The notes: generated by a model not told the origin, from the letters alone. Shown: positions 17,122-26,312, numbered from the stretch's first letter. The stretch: DNA of 29,902 nt from an uncultured Eggerthellaceae bacterium (GCA_948829205.1 CAQLOA010000001.1:1-29902), one strand, 5' to 3'. Program-made: numbers and translations.

Positions 17122-18450
17122 CTAAAGCCTCTGGTTGCGCAGCTCCACGAAGATCACGTCGCCTGGCTGTGGAGGAACGTCGCCCGCCCCCGCCGGCATC
17201 ATATAGTAGGCATTCGCATGCTGCGTCTGGGCCGACCCCGCCTTGCCTGGCACGGGAGTCGCGCGCAAGGTGCCATCGTCCGCGGCTTCCAACGTCATGA
17301 ACTTCACGGCATAGAAGCTCGATCCCGGATCGGTCGCCTCGGGCGGCCTCTGCTCGCCCGGAAGCTTGCCGGGGTTCTCCTTGGCCAGCTTGTGCATGGG
17401 CCCCGCACCAATGGCTGCGCCCAGCCTTGCAGGAATGCGCCGAGGCGCCGGGTCAAGCCCGAAGAACCGCTTCATCAGCGGCAGCAGGTAGAAGTCGAGC
17501 GTGAACGACGCACCGCCCGACGGGCCGGAAATGCCGACGATGGGCACCCCGTCGATCAGCGCGTACGAGCTGTGATGGCCCGGCCCGTGGTTCGTCTGGT
17601 GGCACACCATGGTGCCCATCTCCTCGATTACTTCCACGCACCAATCGTCGGACCCTTTCGACGAGCCGGCGTTCAAAACCACTATGTCGGCCACTTCGCA
17701 TGCCTTCTCAAGCGCATGCCTTATGGCTTTGCGGTCGTCGGGAACGATGTCGAACGGCACGTACACGCCGCCCCACTGCTCCACCTTGCCGCGCACCACG
17801 GCGCTGTTCGACTCGTAGACCCGCCCCGTTGCAGCGAAGCGGTCGGGATGGCTCTCGGAAAACGGCACATTGGGAGGAATCAGCTCGTTGCCGGTGGGGA
17901 CGAACGCGACGCGGGGGCGGGCCACCACCGTTGCCACGGAATAGCCGGCGGAGGCGATCCGCGCGGCCACGTCTGGGGTGATGACGCAGCCTCGTTCGAC
18001 CACCATGTCGCCGGCCCGCATCTGCGACCCCGCCGCGCGAGTCCCCGCAAAGCGCTCGGAAGGCGCAGAGTTCACTACCACCGACTGGGCGTCGTCGGAT
18101 ACCGTGACGTGCTCGACCACCACGGCGGTGTCGAACCCTTCGGGCATGGCGATGCCGGTGTTGGCGAACTCCCAATCGACCCCGCGCGTCCATCCGGACG
18201 TGTCGGGGACGCCGCCCTCGGGGAGCTTGGCGAAGTCGTCCCAATGCACCGCTATGGAATCAAGGCAGCAGGTAAGCACGTTGGGAACGTCGGTCTTGGC
18301 AACGACGTCCTCGGCCAACACGCGACCGCGCGCCGCTTCCAGCGGAACCTGCTCGACGCGCGGGGTGGCGAAACCCTCGGGAAGCGAATCGAGGATGCCC
18401 TCGACGGCTTCCTCCCTCGAAAGTTCGATGTGATGCGAGTGGTCCCTCAT
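17122..18450 (-). CDS. moeA: Molybdopterin molybdotransferase (MoeA family)
   Basis: GRVLAEDV, NTG.AMPEGFDTAVVVEH, PRVAFVPTGNEL, ESNS and GSSKGSDDW. Confidence 0.85.
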   Translation of the reverse strand: MRDHSHHIELSREEAVEGILDSLPEGFATPRVEQVPLEAARGRVLAEDVVAKTDVPNVLTCCLDSIAVHWDDFAKLPEGGVPDTSGWTRGVDWEFANTGIAMPEGFDTAVVVEHVTVSDDAQSVVVNSAPSERFAGTRAAGSQMRAGDMVVERGCVITPDVAARIASAGYSVATVVARPRVAFVPTGNELIPPNVPFSESHPDRFAATGRVYESNSAVVRGKVEQWGGVYVPFDIVPDDRKAIRHALEKACEVADIVVLNAGSSKGSDDWCVEVIEEMGTMVCHQTNHGPGHHSSYALIDGVPIVGISGPSGGASFTLDFYLLPLMKRFFGLDPAPRRIPARLGAAIGAGPMHKLAKENPGKLPGEQRPPEATDPGSSFYAVKFMTLEAADDGTLRATPVPGKAGSAQTQHANAYYMMPAGAGDVPPQPGDVIFVELRNQRL

Positions 18451-18508
18451 TTACGTTCCTTTCGACATGGTTGCGCAACGCAGCGCCCCGGTTTTCGTCC
18501 ATCAAGCC

Positions 18509-18557
18509 CTGCGCCCTGGCCCGGCCTGCCAGCACGGCAGCCACGACCAGGGCGCAG
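18509..18557 (-). other. Intergenic stem-loop between the binding-protein gene and moeA
   Basis: 11-bp perfect stem CTGCGCCCTGG/CCAGGGCGCAG with no U-tract. Confidence 0.5.
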
Positions 18558-18584
18558 ACCCAGGAAAAGCGTCCTTGGAAGTCC

Positions 18585-19721
18585 TTAGGCGGCCTTGGGA
18601 AGCGCGCCTTCCAGAATGTCGGCAAGCTCTGCATCCGTGAGGTCGTAGCCGTACATGGTGCTATAGTACGCCTTCGTCACGTCCTGGATGCTGTCGTCAA
18701 ACGCATCAGGATAAAGCAGCCTGGGAAGCCACTGCATGCCCATCAGCTGATTGACCGTGGGCGGGTTGTTCATCCAGCACCAAGGGTTGTTGGGAACCTG
18801 GTAGTAGTTCCCGCTGGCGATGGCCGCGATGCCGGCCCAAGCCGGGTCGGAACCTACCGTGTCGTAGATGCTGCCCTTCTGGAAGATGATGAGCTCGGGG
18901 TTCCACACGGCGATCTGCTCCAGGCTGATCTCGTTGCCCGTGCCCTTGCCGGACGCGTCGTCGACCACAACCACGTTGTTGGCGACCATGTCGACGACCT
19001 GCGCCTGCATGGAGGTCTTGGCGATGGCGTTGAGGCCGTTCTCGCCAAGCAGGTAGGCCATGTTCGCGCGGTCGGCCTCGGGAATCTTGGCCATGGTGTC
19101 CTCGGTCGTCTTGTAGACCTTGTCGCAGTACTCGGAGAGCTCGTTGCCGCGGTCCTCCATGTTCAGCAGCTCGCCGAGCGTCTTGTAGGCGGCACCGTAG
19201 TCATCGAGATATGCCTCGACGAACACCACCGGGATGCCCAGCTGCTCCTGCAGCGCGTCCAGGCTCTCCTCGGTGTCCTTCTTGACCTCGCCGGTGTCGA
19301 TGATGACCTGCGGATCGGCCGCAGCGACGGCCTCGCGGTTCAGGTCGTCCTTGGCGCCCAAAACCGCACCGAAGACCGGGTAGTCCTTGAACTTGCCGCC
19401 GAAGATCTTCAGCTGGTCGTCGTTAAGCTCCTGGGCCAAACCCACCATCATGTCGGGGGCCATCGTCAGAAGGACCTGCTGGGCCGTGAATCCCGACGGG
19501 CAGATCTTCGTGATCTCATTCGGAAGCTCGACCTCGCGGCCCAGCGAGTCGGTGAACATCCTGGTGTCCGACTGAGCCTGCTGCGAACTGGACGACTGGT
19601 TTCCGTCCGAATTGCTCGTGCCGCTTGCGCATCCGGCGAGGCCGATCGCGCCGAAGGCGAGGGTTGCACAGCACGCCGCGGCAACGACCCCCTTCGCTAT
19701 TCTTCCCTTTGTCGTGCGCAT
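18585..19721 (-). CDS. Type II ABC importer substrate-binding lipoprotein (FecB/BtuF/MolA-like)
   Basis: Lipobox LAGC; FTDSLGREVELP, ISLEQIAVWNPELII, and YQVPNNPWCW..PP. Confidence 0.9.
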   Translation of the reverse strand: MRTTKGRIAKGVVAAACCATLAFGAIGLAGCASGTSNSDGNQSSSSQQAQSDTRMFTDSLGREVELPNEITKICPSGFTAQQVLLTMAPDMMVGLAQELNDDQLKIFGGKFKDYPVFGAVLGAKDDLNREAVAAADPQVIIDTGEVKKDTEESLDALQEQLGIPVVFVEAYLDDYGAAYKTLGELLNMEDRGNELSEYCDKVYKTTEDTMAKIPEADRANMAYLLGENGLNAIAKTSMQAQVVDMVANNVVVVDDASGKGTGNEISLEQIAVWNPELIIFQKGSIYDTVGSDPAWAGIAAIASGNYYQVPNNPWCWMNNPPTVNQLMGMQWLPRLLYPDAFDDSIQDVTKAYYSTMYGYDLTDAELADILEGALPKAA

Positions 19722-19786
19722 AAACCAAATCCCTTTCTCTGCGCGGCTTGCCCGCCTTCCAACCGTTGGCCGGCCAAGCCTCCTTC

Positions 19787-20563
19787 CTATATCTCGTGCT
19801 TAGGCACGCAAACGCGCACCCTGTCACCATAAAGGGAGTTGACCTCCACCTCCACGTCATACAGCCCGCTGATGAGCTCGGACGTTATGACGTCGCGAGG
19901 GTCGCCGTACGCGTCCACCTTCCCGTTCCTCAGCACCAGCGTCTTGTCGGAGTAGAGGAACGCGTGGTCCGGGTTGTGGGTGGACTGCACGATGGAAAGC
20001 CCTTCCCGTGCCAGCTGCCGCACGCAGGACAGCACGCGCACGGTGTTTCCGTAGTCAAGCGCGCTGGTGGGCTCGTCCATGACGATCGTCTTCGCGTTCT
20101 GGGCGATGGCCCTGGCAATCAGCACCAGCTGCTGCTCGCCGCCGGATATGTGCGTGTACTGGCGATGGGCGAAACGCTCTATCCCTATGCGCTCCAGCGC
20201 CTCGTAGGCCCGCTGCCTCTGCGCGCATCCGGGGTTGGAGAGCATCTTCAAGTCGCTGCCCGTGGCCATCAGCACCACGTCCAGCACCTCGTAGTCGTAC
20301 ACAGGGGAATGCGACTGGGGGATGTAGGACACTTCCCGTGCGCGCTCCTTGATGGAAAGCTTCTTCATGTCCTTGCCATTGACCAACACGCTGCCGGAAT
20401 AGTTCTGGCTGAGGCCTAGGATGCAGCGGAACAGCGTCGACTTCCCCACTCCGTTGGGGCCCAGCACGTTTACAAGGCACCCGTCGGGAATCTCGAAGTT
20501 CAGATCGTGCAGGACCTCGCGGTTGCCATACGAGAAGCAGAGGTTTTCGACCTTTATGCTCAT
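19787..20563 (-). CDS. Type II ABC importer ATP-binding protein (FecE-like)
   Basis: GPNGVGKS, ISGGEQQ, MDEPTSALD, STH. The start overlaps the permease stop. Confidence 0.92.
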   Translation of the reverse strand: MSIKVENLCFSYGNREVLHDLNFEIPDGCLVNVLGPNGVGKSTLFRCILGLSQNYSGSVLVNGKDMKKLSIKERAREVSYIPQSHSPVYDYEVLDVVLMATGSDLKMLSNPGCAQRQRAYEALERIGIERFAHRQYTHISGGEQQLVLIARAIAQNAKTIVMDEPTSALDYGNTVRVLSCVRQLAREGLSIVQSTHNPDHAFLYSDKTLVLRNGKVDAYGDPRDVITSELISGLYDVEVEVNSLYGDRVRVCVPKHEI

Positions 20564-21600
20564 ATCTTTTTCCTCCGCGTGATTAGGTACAGGAAGAAGG
20601 GCGCGCCCACGAACGCAGTGAGGATCCCGATGGGAATCTCGGCCGTGGTGGCAAGGCGAGCGATGTCGGCCACAAGCAGCAGGAAACCCGCACCCATGAG
20701 CATGGATGCCGGTATCAGCTTGCGGTAGTCGGCACCCACGAGCATGCGGCACAGATGCGGGATCACCAGGCCGACCCATCCGATCATGCCCGTGACCGAC
20801 ACGCACGCCGCCGTGACGAACGTGGCGGCGATGATGACGATTATGCGCACAAGGCGCGCGTTGACGCCCATGGTGGACGCCTCGTCGTCGCCCATGGTCA
20901 GTATGTTGATGCGCCAGCGCAGGGCGAACAGCACCGCACACCCCACAAGCAGTATGGGAAACACGGTGACCACCTGGTCCATCTTCGCGCCGGTAATGCT
21001 GCCCATGAGCCAGTAGGTGATGTCGGCCAGCTCGTCGGTGGGGTCGGCGACCAGCTTCGCGTAGGAGACCCCAGCCTGGAACAGCGAGCTGACCATCACG
21101 CCCGCCAGCACCACCACCATCATGTGGTTGCCCTTGGCCCGGGCGCTTATGAGCAGCACGAGGAACACGGTGAACAGCGCGAAGCAGAAGGCGGACAACG
21201 AGACCATCGCTCCCGTGAACCCGGCAAGTATGGCCAAGGCGGCGCCGAACGCCGCGCCCTGGCTGGCACCCAGGATGTCGGGAGAGACCAGCGGGTTCTG
21301 GAAGGTTCCCTGGTACGCCGCGCCGGCAACGGAGAGGCAGCAGCCCACCATGAGCGCGAGCAGGATGCGCGGAAGCCGCACGTTGAAGAAGAGCGTGTGC
21401 TGCTGGTCGGTCCATGTGGGGTCCAGCGGAACGAAGCGGTCGACGATCATGGCGACGGCCTGCGCAGGGTCTATCGGATAGCGTCCGAGCAGAAGCGAGA
21501 TGGCCGCAATCGCGACGGCCAGCACCGCAAGCACGAGGATTATGAGGTCGGCGCGCCTGCTGGAGTACGACTTCTCCAGGCAACGCTCGTTGGTTTCCAT
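20560..21600 (-). CDS. FecCD-family ABC permease
   Basis: VRLPRILLA, QGTFQNPLVSPDILG, GMIGWVGLVIPH, EIPIGILTAFVGAPFF. Confidence 0.93.
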   Translation of the reverse strand: METNERCLEKSYSSRRADLIILVLAVLAVAIAAISLLLGRYPIDPAQAVAMIVDRFVPLDPTWTDQQHTLFFNVRLPRILLALMVGCCLSVAGAAYQGTFQNPLVSPDILGASQGAAFGAALAILAGFTGAMVSLSAFCFALFTVFLVLLISARAKGNHMMVVVLAGVMVSSLFQAGVSYAKLVADPTDELADITYWLMGSITGAKMDQVVTVFPILLVGCAVLFALRWRINILTMGDDEASTMGVNARLVRIIVIIAATFVTAACVSVTGMIGWVGLVIPHLCRMLVGADYRKLIPASMLMGAGFLLLVADIARLATTAEIPIGILTAFVGAPFFLYLITRRKKI

Positions 21601-21623
21601 TTTCGCCCTTACTATTTATTCTC

Positions 21624-21650
21624 TTACAAGAATAACCTTGTAACAGTATA
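21624..21650 (-). promoter_or_regulatory. Palindromic operator just downstream of the -10 of the ABC-moeA operon
   Basis: TTACAAG-N6-CTTGTAA (21624-21643); minus-strand TATACT at about 21645-21650. Confidence 0.55.
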
Positions 21651-21690
21651 TACCACAATCGAGCATAATTGCAGTGAAATTCCGCCCAGA

Positions 21691-22311
21691 TTATCGGCGG
21701 TTGAAAGCGGCGATAACCTCTTCCTCTGCTTCGCGGCTTGGGCCTATGGCCTTCATCTCGGGCCATGCGGCGACGAACCGCTGCTCCGCCAGCTGCAGCA
21801 ACGCTTCGCGTACCACGACGACCGCGTGGGGGAATTCCTCGGACGGCCCCTCGTCGAGCATCCTAACCGCACTCGTCAGGCCGATGCCCCGCATAAGCTC
21901 AAGCCGGCCCAGCTCGTCCACCACCAAAAGCGATGGCCGCTTCGCGCACTCCCTTGCGGGCTGCTCGGCAAGCGCGTCGAAATGCGCATTCACCCTGTCG
22001 ATGGCTTCGTCGAAGATGTGCCAGCCCAAGGCCAGCTGCTCACTTTGGCTGTCCCCTTGGAACAGGCCGTCGCGTATGGCCAGGTCGCGGCGCTTGGCGA
22101 ATGGGATCCTTTCGCCCTCGGGCAGAAGCACGTTGTCGATGCCGAGCTTTTCGAACCCTTGCTCGTTTGCGTTCGCCGAGCTTGAAGAAACCCAGATGCC
22201 TGGCGCTATCACGCCGTAGGATTCCACGCCTTCCTCGGCGAGGCGCCCCACCAACGCCTCGAGCCAGCGCGTCTTGCCGGTTTGGCATTCTCCCGTCAAA
22301 AGAAACAACAT
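21691..22311 (-). CDS. P-loop NTPase (DUF2478/NTPase_1-like)
   Basis: MLFLLTGECQTGKT (Walker A-like), LLVVDELGRLEL..G.G and VVVVRE. Confidence 0.75.
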   Translation of the reverse strand: MLFLLTGECQTGKTRWLEALVGRLAEEGVESYGVIAPGIWVSSSSANANEQGFEKLGIDNVLLPEGERIPFAKRRDLAIRDGLFQGDSQSEQLALGWHIFDEAIDRVNAHFDALAEQPARECAKRPSLLVVDELGRLELMRGIGLTSAVRMLDEGPSEEFPHAVVVVREALLQLAEQRFVAAWPEMKAIGPSREAEEEVIAAFNRR

Positions 22312-22335
22312 CGCATTCCCCAAACATCCGCATCG

Positions 22336-22369
22336 TGCTATCTTGATTATTATCCGTATTTCAGGATAA
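22336..22369 (+). promoter_or_regulatory. Extended -10 plus palindrome upstream of the DUF364 gene
   Basis: TGCTATCTT followed by TTATCC-N8-GGATAA (22350-22369). Confidence 0.4.
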
Positions 22370-22404
22370 AACAACAGGGACGGTTTGGCGAAAGGCTGAA
22401 GCTT

Positions 22405-23175
22405 ATGTCATGGGAAATGTACGACGAACTGATCGAAGGAATACCCGCGGACGTGCTGGTGAAGGACTACTGCCTGGGCGTCAACTGGTCGTACGTCGAG
22501 GCGGAAAGCGGCTGCGGCGTCTCGTACACCTGTCGAGGGGGAGCCAAGGGCTCCGAGGGCCGCGACTTCCGCGGGCTGCCGCTGTGCGAGATGGCCAAGC
22601 TGTCCAAGTCTTGGTCTTTCGACGAGGCCACTTTGGGCATCGCGGCGATGAACGCCTGGTACGGTCAGCAGAAGCTGCTTGAGCCTTTGGGGGTGGAATA
22701 CGAGGAACGCCAGGAACTCCCCGACGGCACCATTCACAAGATGGACGCCTTCGAGCTGCTGCGTCCGCGCATAGAGGCGCGTGGCGGCGCAAACGGCGTG
22801 GTGATCGGGCACTTCCCGCATGTCGACCGCATCGCCGAGTACGCGAACCTCACCGTGTTGGAGCGCAACTGCCGCACCGAGCTTGACACGCCCGACCCGG
22901 CATGCGAATACGTGATTCCCGAGGCCGACTTCGTGTTCCAGACCGGCGTAACTCTTGAGAACAAGACCGCTCCCCGCCTGCTCGAGCTGGCGAAGGATGC
23001 CTACGTGACGCTTGTGGGACCGTCGGTAGTGATGTCGCCCGTGCTGTTCGAGCATGGAGCCGACATGTTGGCCGGCAGCATCGTAGGAGACGCGGAGCGC
23101 GTCAAGCATGCCGTGAAGTCGGGTGGCATGATGCGCTTCGGAAGCGCCCTGCTGATGGCCCGCCTCTGCGCCTAG
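22405..23175 (+). CDS. DUF364/DUF4213 Rossmann-like protein
   Basis: EATLGIAAMNA, VIGHFP, VLERN, TGVTLENKTAPRLLEL, LVGPS; RBS GAAAGG. Confidence 0.88.
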   Translation: MSWEMYDELIEGIPADVLVKDYCLGVNWSYVEAESGCGVSYTCRGGAKGSEGRDFRGLPLCEMAKLSKSWSFDEATLGIAAMNAWYGQQKLLEPLGVEYEERQELPDGTIHKMDAFELLRPRIEARGGANGVVIGHFPHVDRIAEYANLTVLERNCRTELDTPDPACEYVIPEADFVFQTGVTLENKTAPRLLELAKDAYVTLVGPSVVMSPVLFEHGADMLAGSIVGDAERVKHAVKSGGMMRFGSALLMARLCA

Positions 23176-23234
23176 CGCGTCAGGGGACGTTCACTTTTGA
23201 CAATCGCACTGCGCGGCAATTGATCGGTGTCCGC

Positions 23235-23270
23235 AGAGGCTACGCTCGACGCGTCATCGCCTCAAGCTAA
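23235..23270 (-). repeat. Inverted partial copy of the 3744-3779 segment
   Basis: 32 of 36 nt identical to the reverse complement of 3744-3779. Confidence 0.75.
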
Positions 23271-23274
23271 TCCA

Positions 23275-23305
23275 GAAGGGATGTGAGCATCCTTCCCAGT
23301 TTTTT
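23275..23305 (+). terminator. Probable terminator downstream of DUF364
   Basis: GGATG-TGAG-CATCC stem with flanking pairs, then TTTTTT. Confidence 0.45.
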
Positions 23306-23307
23306 GC

Positions 23308-23592
23308 TTACCTCGCCTCCGTCTCTCCTGACGCCAAACCGCGCTCGACCATACGCTCGTACCTGGCCTGCTCAAGCAGCTCCTTGTCAGAAGTCGTAGA
23401 CCACACCCTCTGCATTGATTCCTTGCTTATGCCAAGTTTTCTTACCACCGAATCGAACGCTTCTCTTCCGGCCTTGGCTGCAGCTAGCCTTTCATCAACG
23501 GAAAGCGTTTTCGATGGCCCATCGGTTTCTTTTGATTTTGAGGAATCACCAGCTTGCTCACTCGTACGTTTCACAAATTCCTTGTGTGTCAC
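23308..23592 (-). CDS. Small hypothetical protein (94 aa)
   Basis: GTG at 23592 with RBS AAAGGAG; charged, helical-looking sequence. Confidence 0.6.
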   Translation of the reverse strand: MTHKEFVKRTSEQAGDSSKSKETDGPSKTLSVDERLAAAKAGREAFDSVVRKLGISKESMQRVWSTTSDKELLEQARYERMVERGLASGETEAR

Positions 23593-23642
23593 TCTTTCTC
23601 TCCTTTGCTTCACGCTGAGTGGTCGCATTGCTACTGCAGAAA

Positions 23643-24239
23643 TCAAAGGGATGTTGCCTTCAAAGACCGCGATTCCGACAAGTCCAGGTCCCACAGCACT
23701 CCTGAAATATCGCTAGGCCAGTAGACGGACTCATCGATTTCTACGGTTATTAGATCGCCATTTATGCCAAGATCGTCCGGAACCCTCACGATGCCAATGG
23801 TTCGCTCTGTAGGCGCGGCATCGCCTGCGCTATACCCTATTGCGCTCGTGGGGCTTGATAGCTGCAGAAGCAAAACGGAAGCATTGGGAAACTCTTCTGC
23901 CGGAGCCTGAACTTCGGTTGCTCTTTCCCGATAAGAGCTTTCCAGCAAAGTGCCGCTGAATGCTTGCGTCTGGGCAGCTGCGGACTCGTCAGAACATTCG
24001 CCTGGCTGCCTATGCTCGATCGCTTCGAGCTCTTCTTGCATATGCTGACGGTCTTGCCTCTGTGCACTTTCTTGTGCCTCGATGACGATTCGTTGTTCCT
24101 GCCAGTGCTGGTAGACGAGGAAGATCGCGGCGGCAGCTCCGAGCACAAGCATTATCGCAACAACGGCATTCCTCGCCTTCGTTTTACCAAGACGCCTTTC
24201 GCTTTGAGGCTCTTTGCTTTCGGGTCTGTTGGCCATCAT
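23643..24239 (-). CDS. Hypothetical single-pass membrane protein
   Basis: One TM (VVAIMLVLGAAAAIFLVY), a coiled segment and a beta-rich C-terminus. Start uncertain (24236-24257). Confidence 0.65.
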   Translation of the reverse strand: MMANRPESKEPQSERRLGKTKARNAVVAIMLVLGAAAAIFLVYQHWQEQRIVIEAQESAQRQDRQHMQEELEAIEHRQPGECSDESAAAQTQAFSGTLLESSYRERATEVQAPAEEFPNASVLLLQLSSPTSAIGYSAGDAAPTERTIGIVRVPDDLGINGDLITVEIDESVYWPSDISGVLWDLDLSESRSLKATSL

Positions 24240-24288
24240 GTTCCGCCCGCTTGCCAAATGAAGTTAATTTGCTACCAGCTGCTGCGCT

Positions 24289-25287
24289 TTATCTTTCTGG
24301 CGCTTTGCAACCTGCAACCCTTGTTATCCGCGTTCCGTTGTTCATAACGGCCACTTTCCCTTTCTCGAAATCCTCAACGCTGCAAACATAGATTTCCTGA
24401 CCCTGAGCCCCTGTGCAGAAAACCCCTTCGACTTCCATTCCAAACGACTTCCCTCGCGTTTTTCGGAAATTCGGATTACTGAGACCGTACGTAAGTTTTC
24501 TTTGACTTGCTGTCGCTTTAGAAGAAGAGTTGTTGGAATTACCGCTCGCTATCGTGCTGTTCGATGAAGACCCTCCTTCAGCTGGAATGAACTTCGAAAC
24601 AGCAAAAAGGGCGGCTATCACTAAGATTCCAAAAACAACCATTCCCGCAAGAGATACAAGAGGGATAAAGTTCTTCAGAAGCCAAAAGACAAGTGGCGCA
24701 ATGATCGCATAAACGATGATTCCGAAGATGAATATCAGAGAAAGTACGCGTGTATGCTCATTTGCCAAAGAGGTAATTAGCAGTGCAAGGGCAAATATCA
24801 AGCCACCTCTTATAATTATCTGTCCGTATTCCATCAAAAACTGGTAGAAAGTGGACTCTCTTTCAATGCCAATTACCCCAAACATCCCATTTGCATCCAG
24901 AATGAATAGGATTATTACGGCGATTGCGGGAACTGAAAAAACCACTGATAGGATTTTCCCAGGCACCCCACTTGTAATGAACAGGTACACGGCTATCAAT
25001 AACGTCTGAACTACCATCATGGCAAATGCAATATTCGCCAGCACTATTTCAATATGCGATTCCTGAGATGGACTTGTAAATGCCGCGAACGTTCCTTGTC
25101 CGCCTGAACTTTGAACCATATCGAGCTGATTTGCATATCCGTCATTCTGAATGAAGTTTATATAGCCAACAATTTGTTCCGAAAATGCAAGAACAACAAT
25201 AATGAGAGTTATTCCGAAACTGATATAAGCCAATTTGTTCGGAACGGTGCGTTCGGAAAAAGGAACTTTGACCTTCGAGGGCTTCAT
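24289..25287 (-). CDS. Hypothetical polytopic membrane protein with a Cys-containing C-terminal domain
   Basis: ATG at 25287 with RBS GAAGGAG; ~6-7 TMs, a Ser/Asn linker and a soluble tail; AT-rich codons. Confidence 0.75.
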   Translation of the reverse strand: MKPSKVKVPFSERTVPNKLAYISFGITLIIVVLAFSEQIVGYINFIQNDGYANQLDMVQSSGGQGTFAAFTSPSQESHIEIVLANIAFAMMVVQTLLIAVYLFITSGVPGKILSVVFSVPAIAVIILFILDANGMFGVIGIERESTFYQFLMEYGQIIIRGGLIFALALLITSLANEHTRVLSLIFIFGIIVYAIIAPLVFWLLKNFIPLVSLAGMVVFGILVIAALFAVSKFIPAEGGSSSNSTIASGNSNNSSSKATASQRKLTYGLSNPNFRKTRGKSFGMEVEGVFCTGAQGQEIYVCSVEDFEKGKVAVMNNGTRITRVAGCKAPER

Positions 25288-25571
25288 GCTAACTCCTTCC
25301 GCAGATTTGTTGATGCAGAAAAAGCAAGATGACAGGCCTGCATCAATCCTTCTGGCTATTGCGGTGGAGACACGAATCAAAAGGGCATCCACCACAATCG
25401 CCAAATTGCAGACCTCATACGAAAGAAGCCCTAAAGGCAGATGCCCTTATGGTTGGCTTCTCTCGTAATGAGAGATAGAAATATAAGGTCGTTGCAATTT
25501 GGCGACTGTGATTATACCTTGGCAACCCCGAGAACTGAAAGGCAATGCAGCCGTAATTGGTTTTATCTCTC

Positions 25572-25594
25572 AACTCGTTATAACGTGTTATACT
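25572..25594 (+). promoter_or_regulatory. Promoter/operator of the AbrB-PIN TA module
   Basis: Palindrome AACtCGTTATAACGtGTT overlapping an extended -10 TGTTATACT; RBS AAAGGAGG follows. Confidence 0.7.
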
Positions 25595-25612
25595 CATTGA
25601 AAAGGAGGCTTC

Positions 25613-25915
25613 ATGGTCGAAACTACGTTATCCAAAGTTGGCAACAGCATGGCCATAATTCTGCCGAAGTCATTACGCACGGAAGCATGCCTTGAATCAG
25701 GCGAAACGCTACGCCTCGAATCGCCCCGAAAGGGCGTCGTTGTCATCACGGCTCTTTTCTCAAACGACAAAGACAGGCTTGCTCGACTGGAAGACGCCGA
25801 ACTGCGCATAAAAGAGCGGCAGGCCAGATCAAAACCATGGCCAAACGGCCTCACCGCGGACGATATGCTGAAGGCAGGAAAGGATTCGCGTTCCGATGAG
25901 CTCTCTCCTGTTTGA
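25613..25915 (+). CDS. AbrB/MazE-family antitoxin
   Basis: N-terminal TLSKVGNSMAIILPKSL motif; overlaps the downstream PIN gene. Confidence 0.9.
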   Translation: MVETTLSKVGNSMAIILPKSLRTEACLESGETLRLESPRKGVVVITALFSNDKDRLARLEDAELRIKERQARSKPWPNGLTADDMLKAGKDSRSDELSPV

Positions 25916-26312
25916 TTCGAACGCCCTCGTGTATTGGACGTATAGGGATTCGCCTTATCATGACGAAGTCAGCAGGCTTTTGCGTCATGTGCTTAAGGAA
26001 AAAGGGTCTATATATGCGCTCTCGTCTTCTCTGAATGAAATCTACTACGCATTGCATAACCACTATATGAACGAAAAAGACGCTCGTGGGTCCATCCGGG
26101 AAATCGCCGAAGTCTTCGACCTTGTAGACCTAACTGGCCCAATTGTGTTCGACGCCCTATATTCCGACGAGCCCGACTACGAAGATGGACTTATTCGGGC
26201 CGCAGCAGAAGCGCTTCAGGTCGACGCCATCATCAGTTACGACAAGAAGGCCTTCAAGAAGTCAGATATTCCAACTTTAACCGCAAAGGAAGCTCTTGCG
26301 CTTAGCGGATAA
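25896..26312 (+). CDS. PIN-domain (VapC-family) toxin
   Basis: LLFDSNAL, LNEIYY, DYEDGLI..AA and IISYDKKAF supply the PIN acidic residues. Confidence 0.9.
   Translation: MSSLLFDSNALVYWTYRDSPYHDEVSRLLRHVLKEKGSIYALSSSLNEIYYALHNHYMNEKDARGSIREIAEVFDLVDLTGPIVFDALYSDEPDYEDGLIRAAAEALQVDAIISYDKKAFKKSDIPTLTAKEALALSG

Noticed and set aside
18451..18584. Possible Moco riboswitch upstream of moeA
   Set aside because: Only one GC-rich stem-loop is evident and I see no conserved Moco motif elements; a cmscan would settle it.
19787..21766. 659-aa ORF suggesting a fused ABC ATPase
   Set aside because: The N-terminal ~400 aa is an alternative frame over the permease; the real start is 20563.
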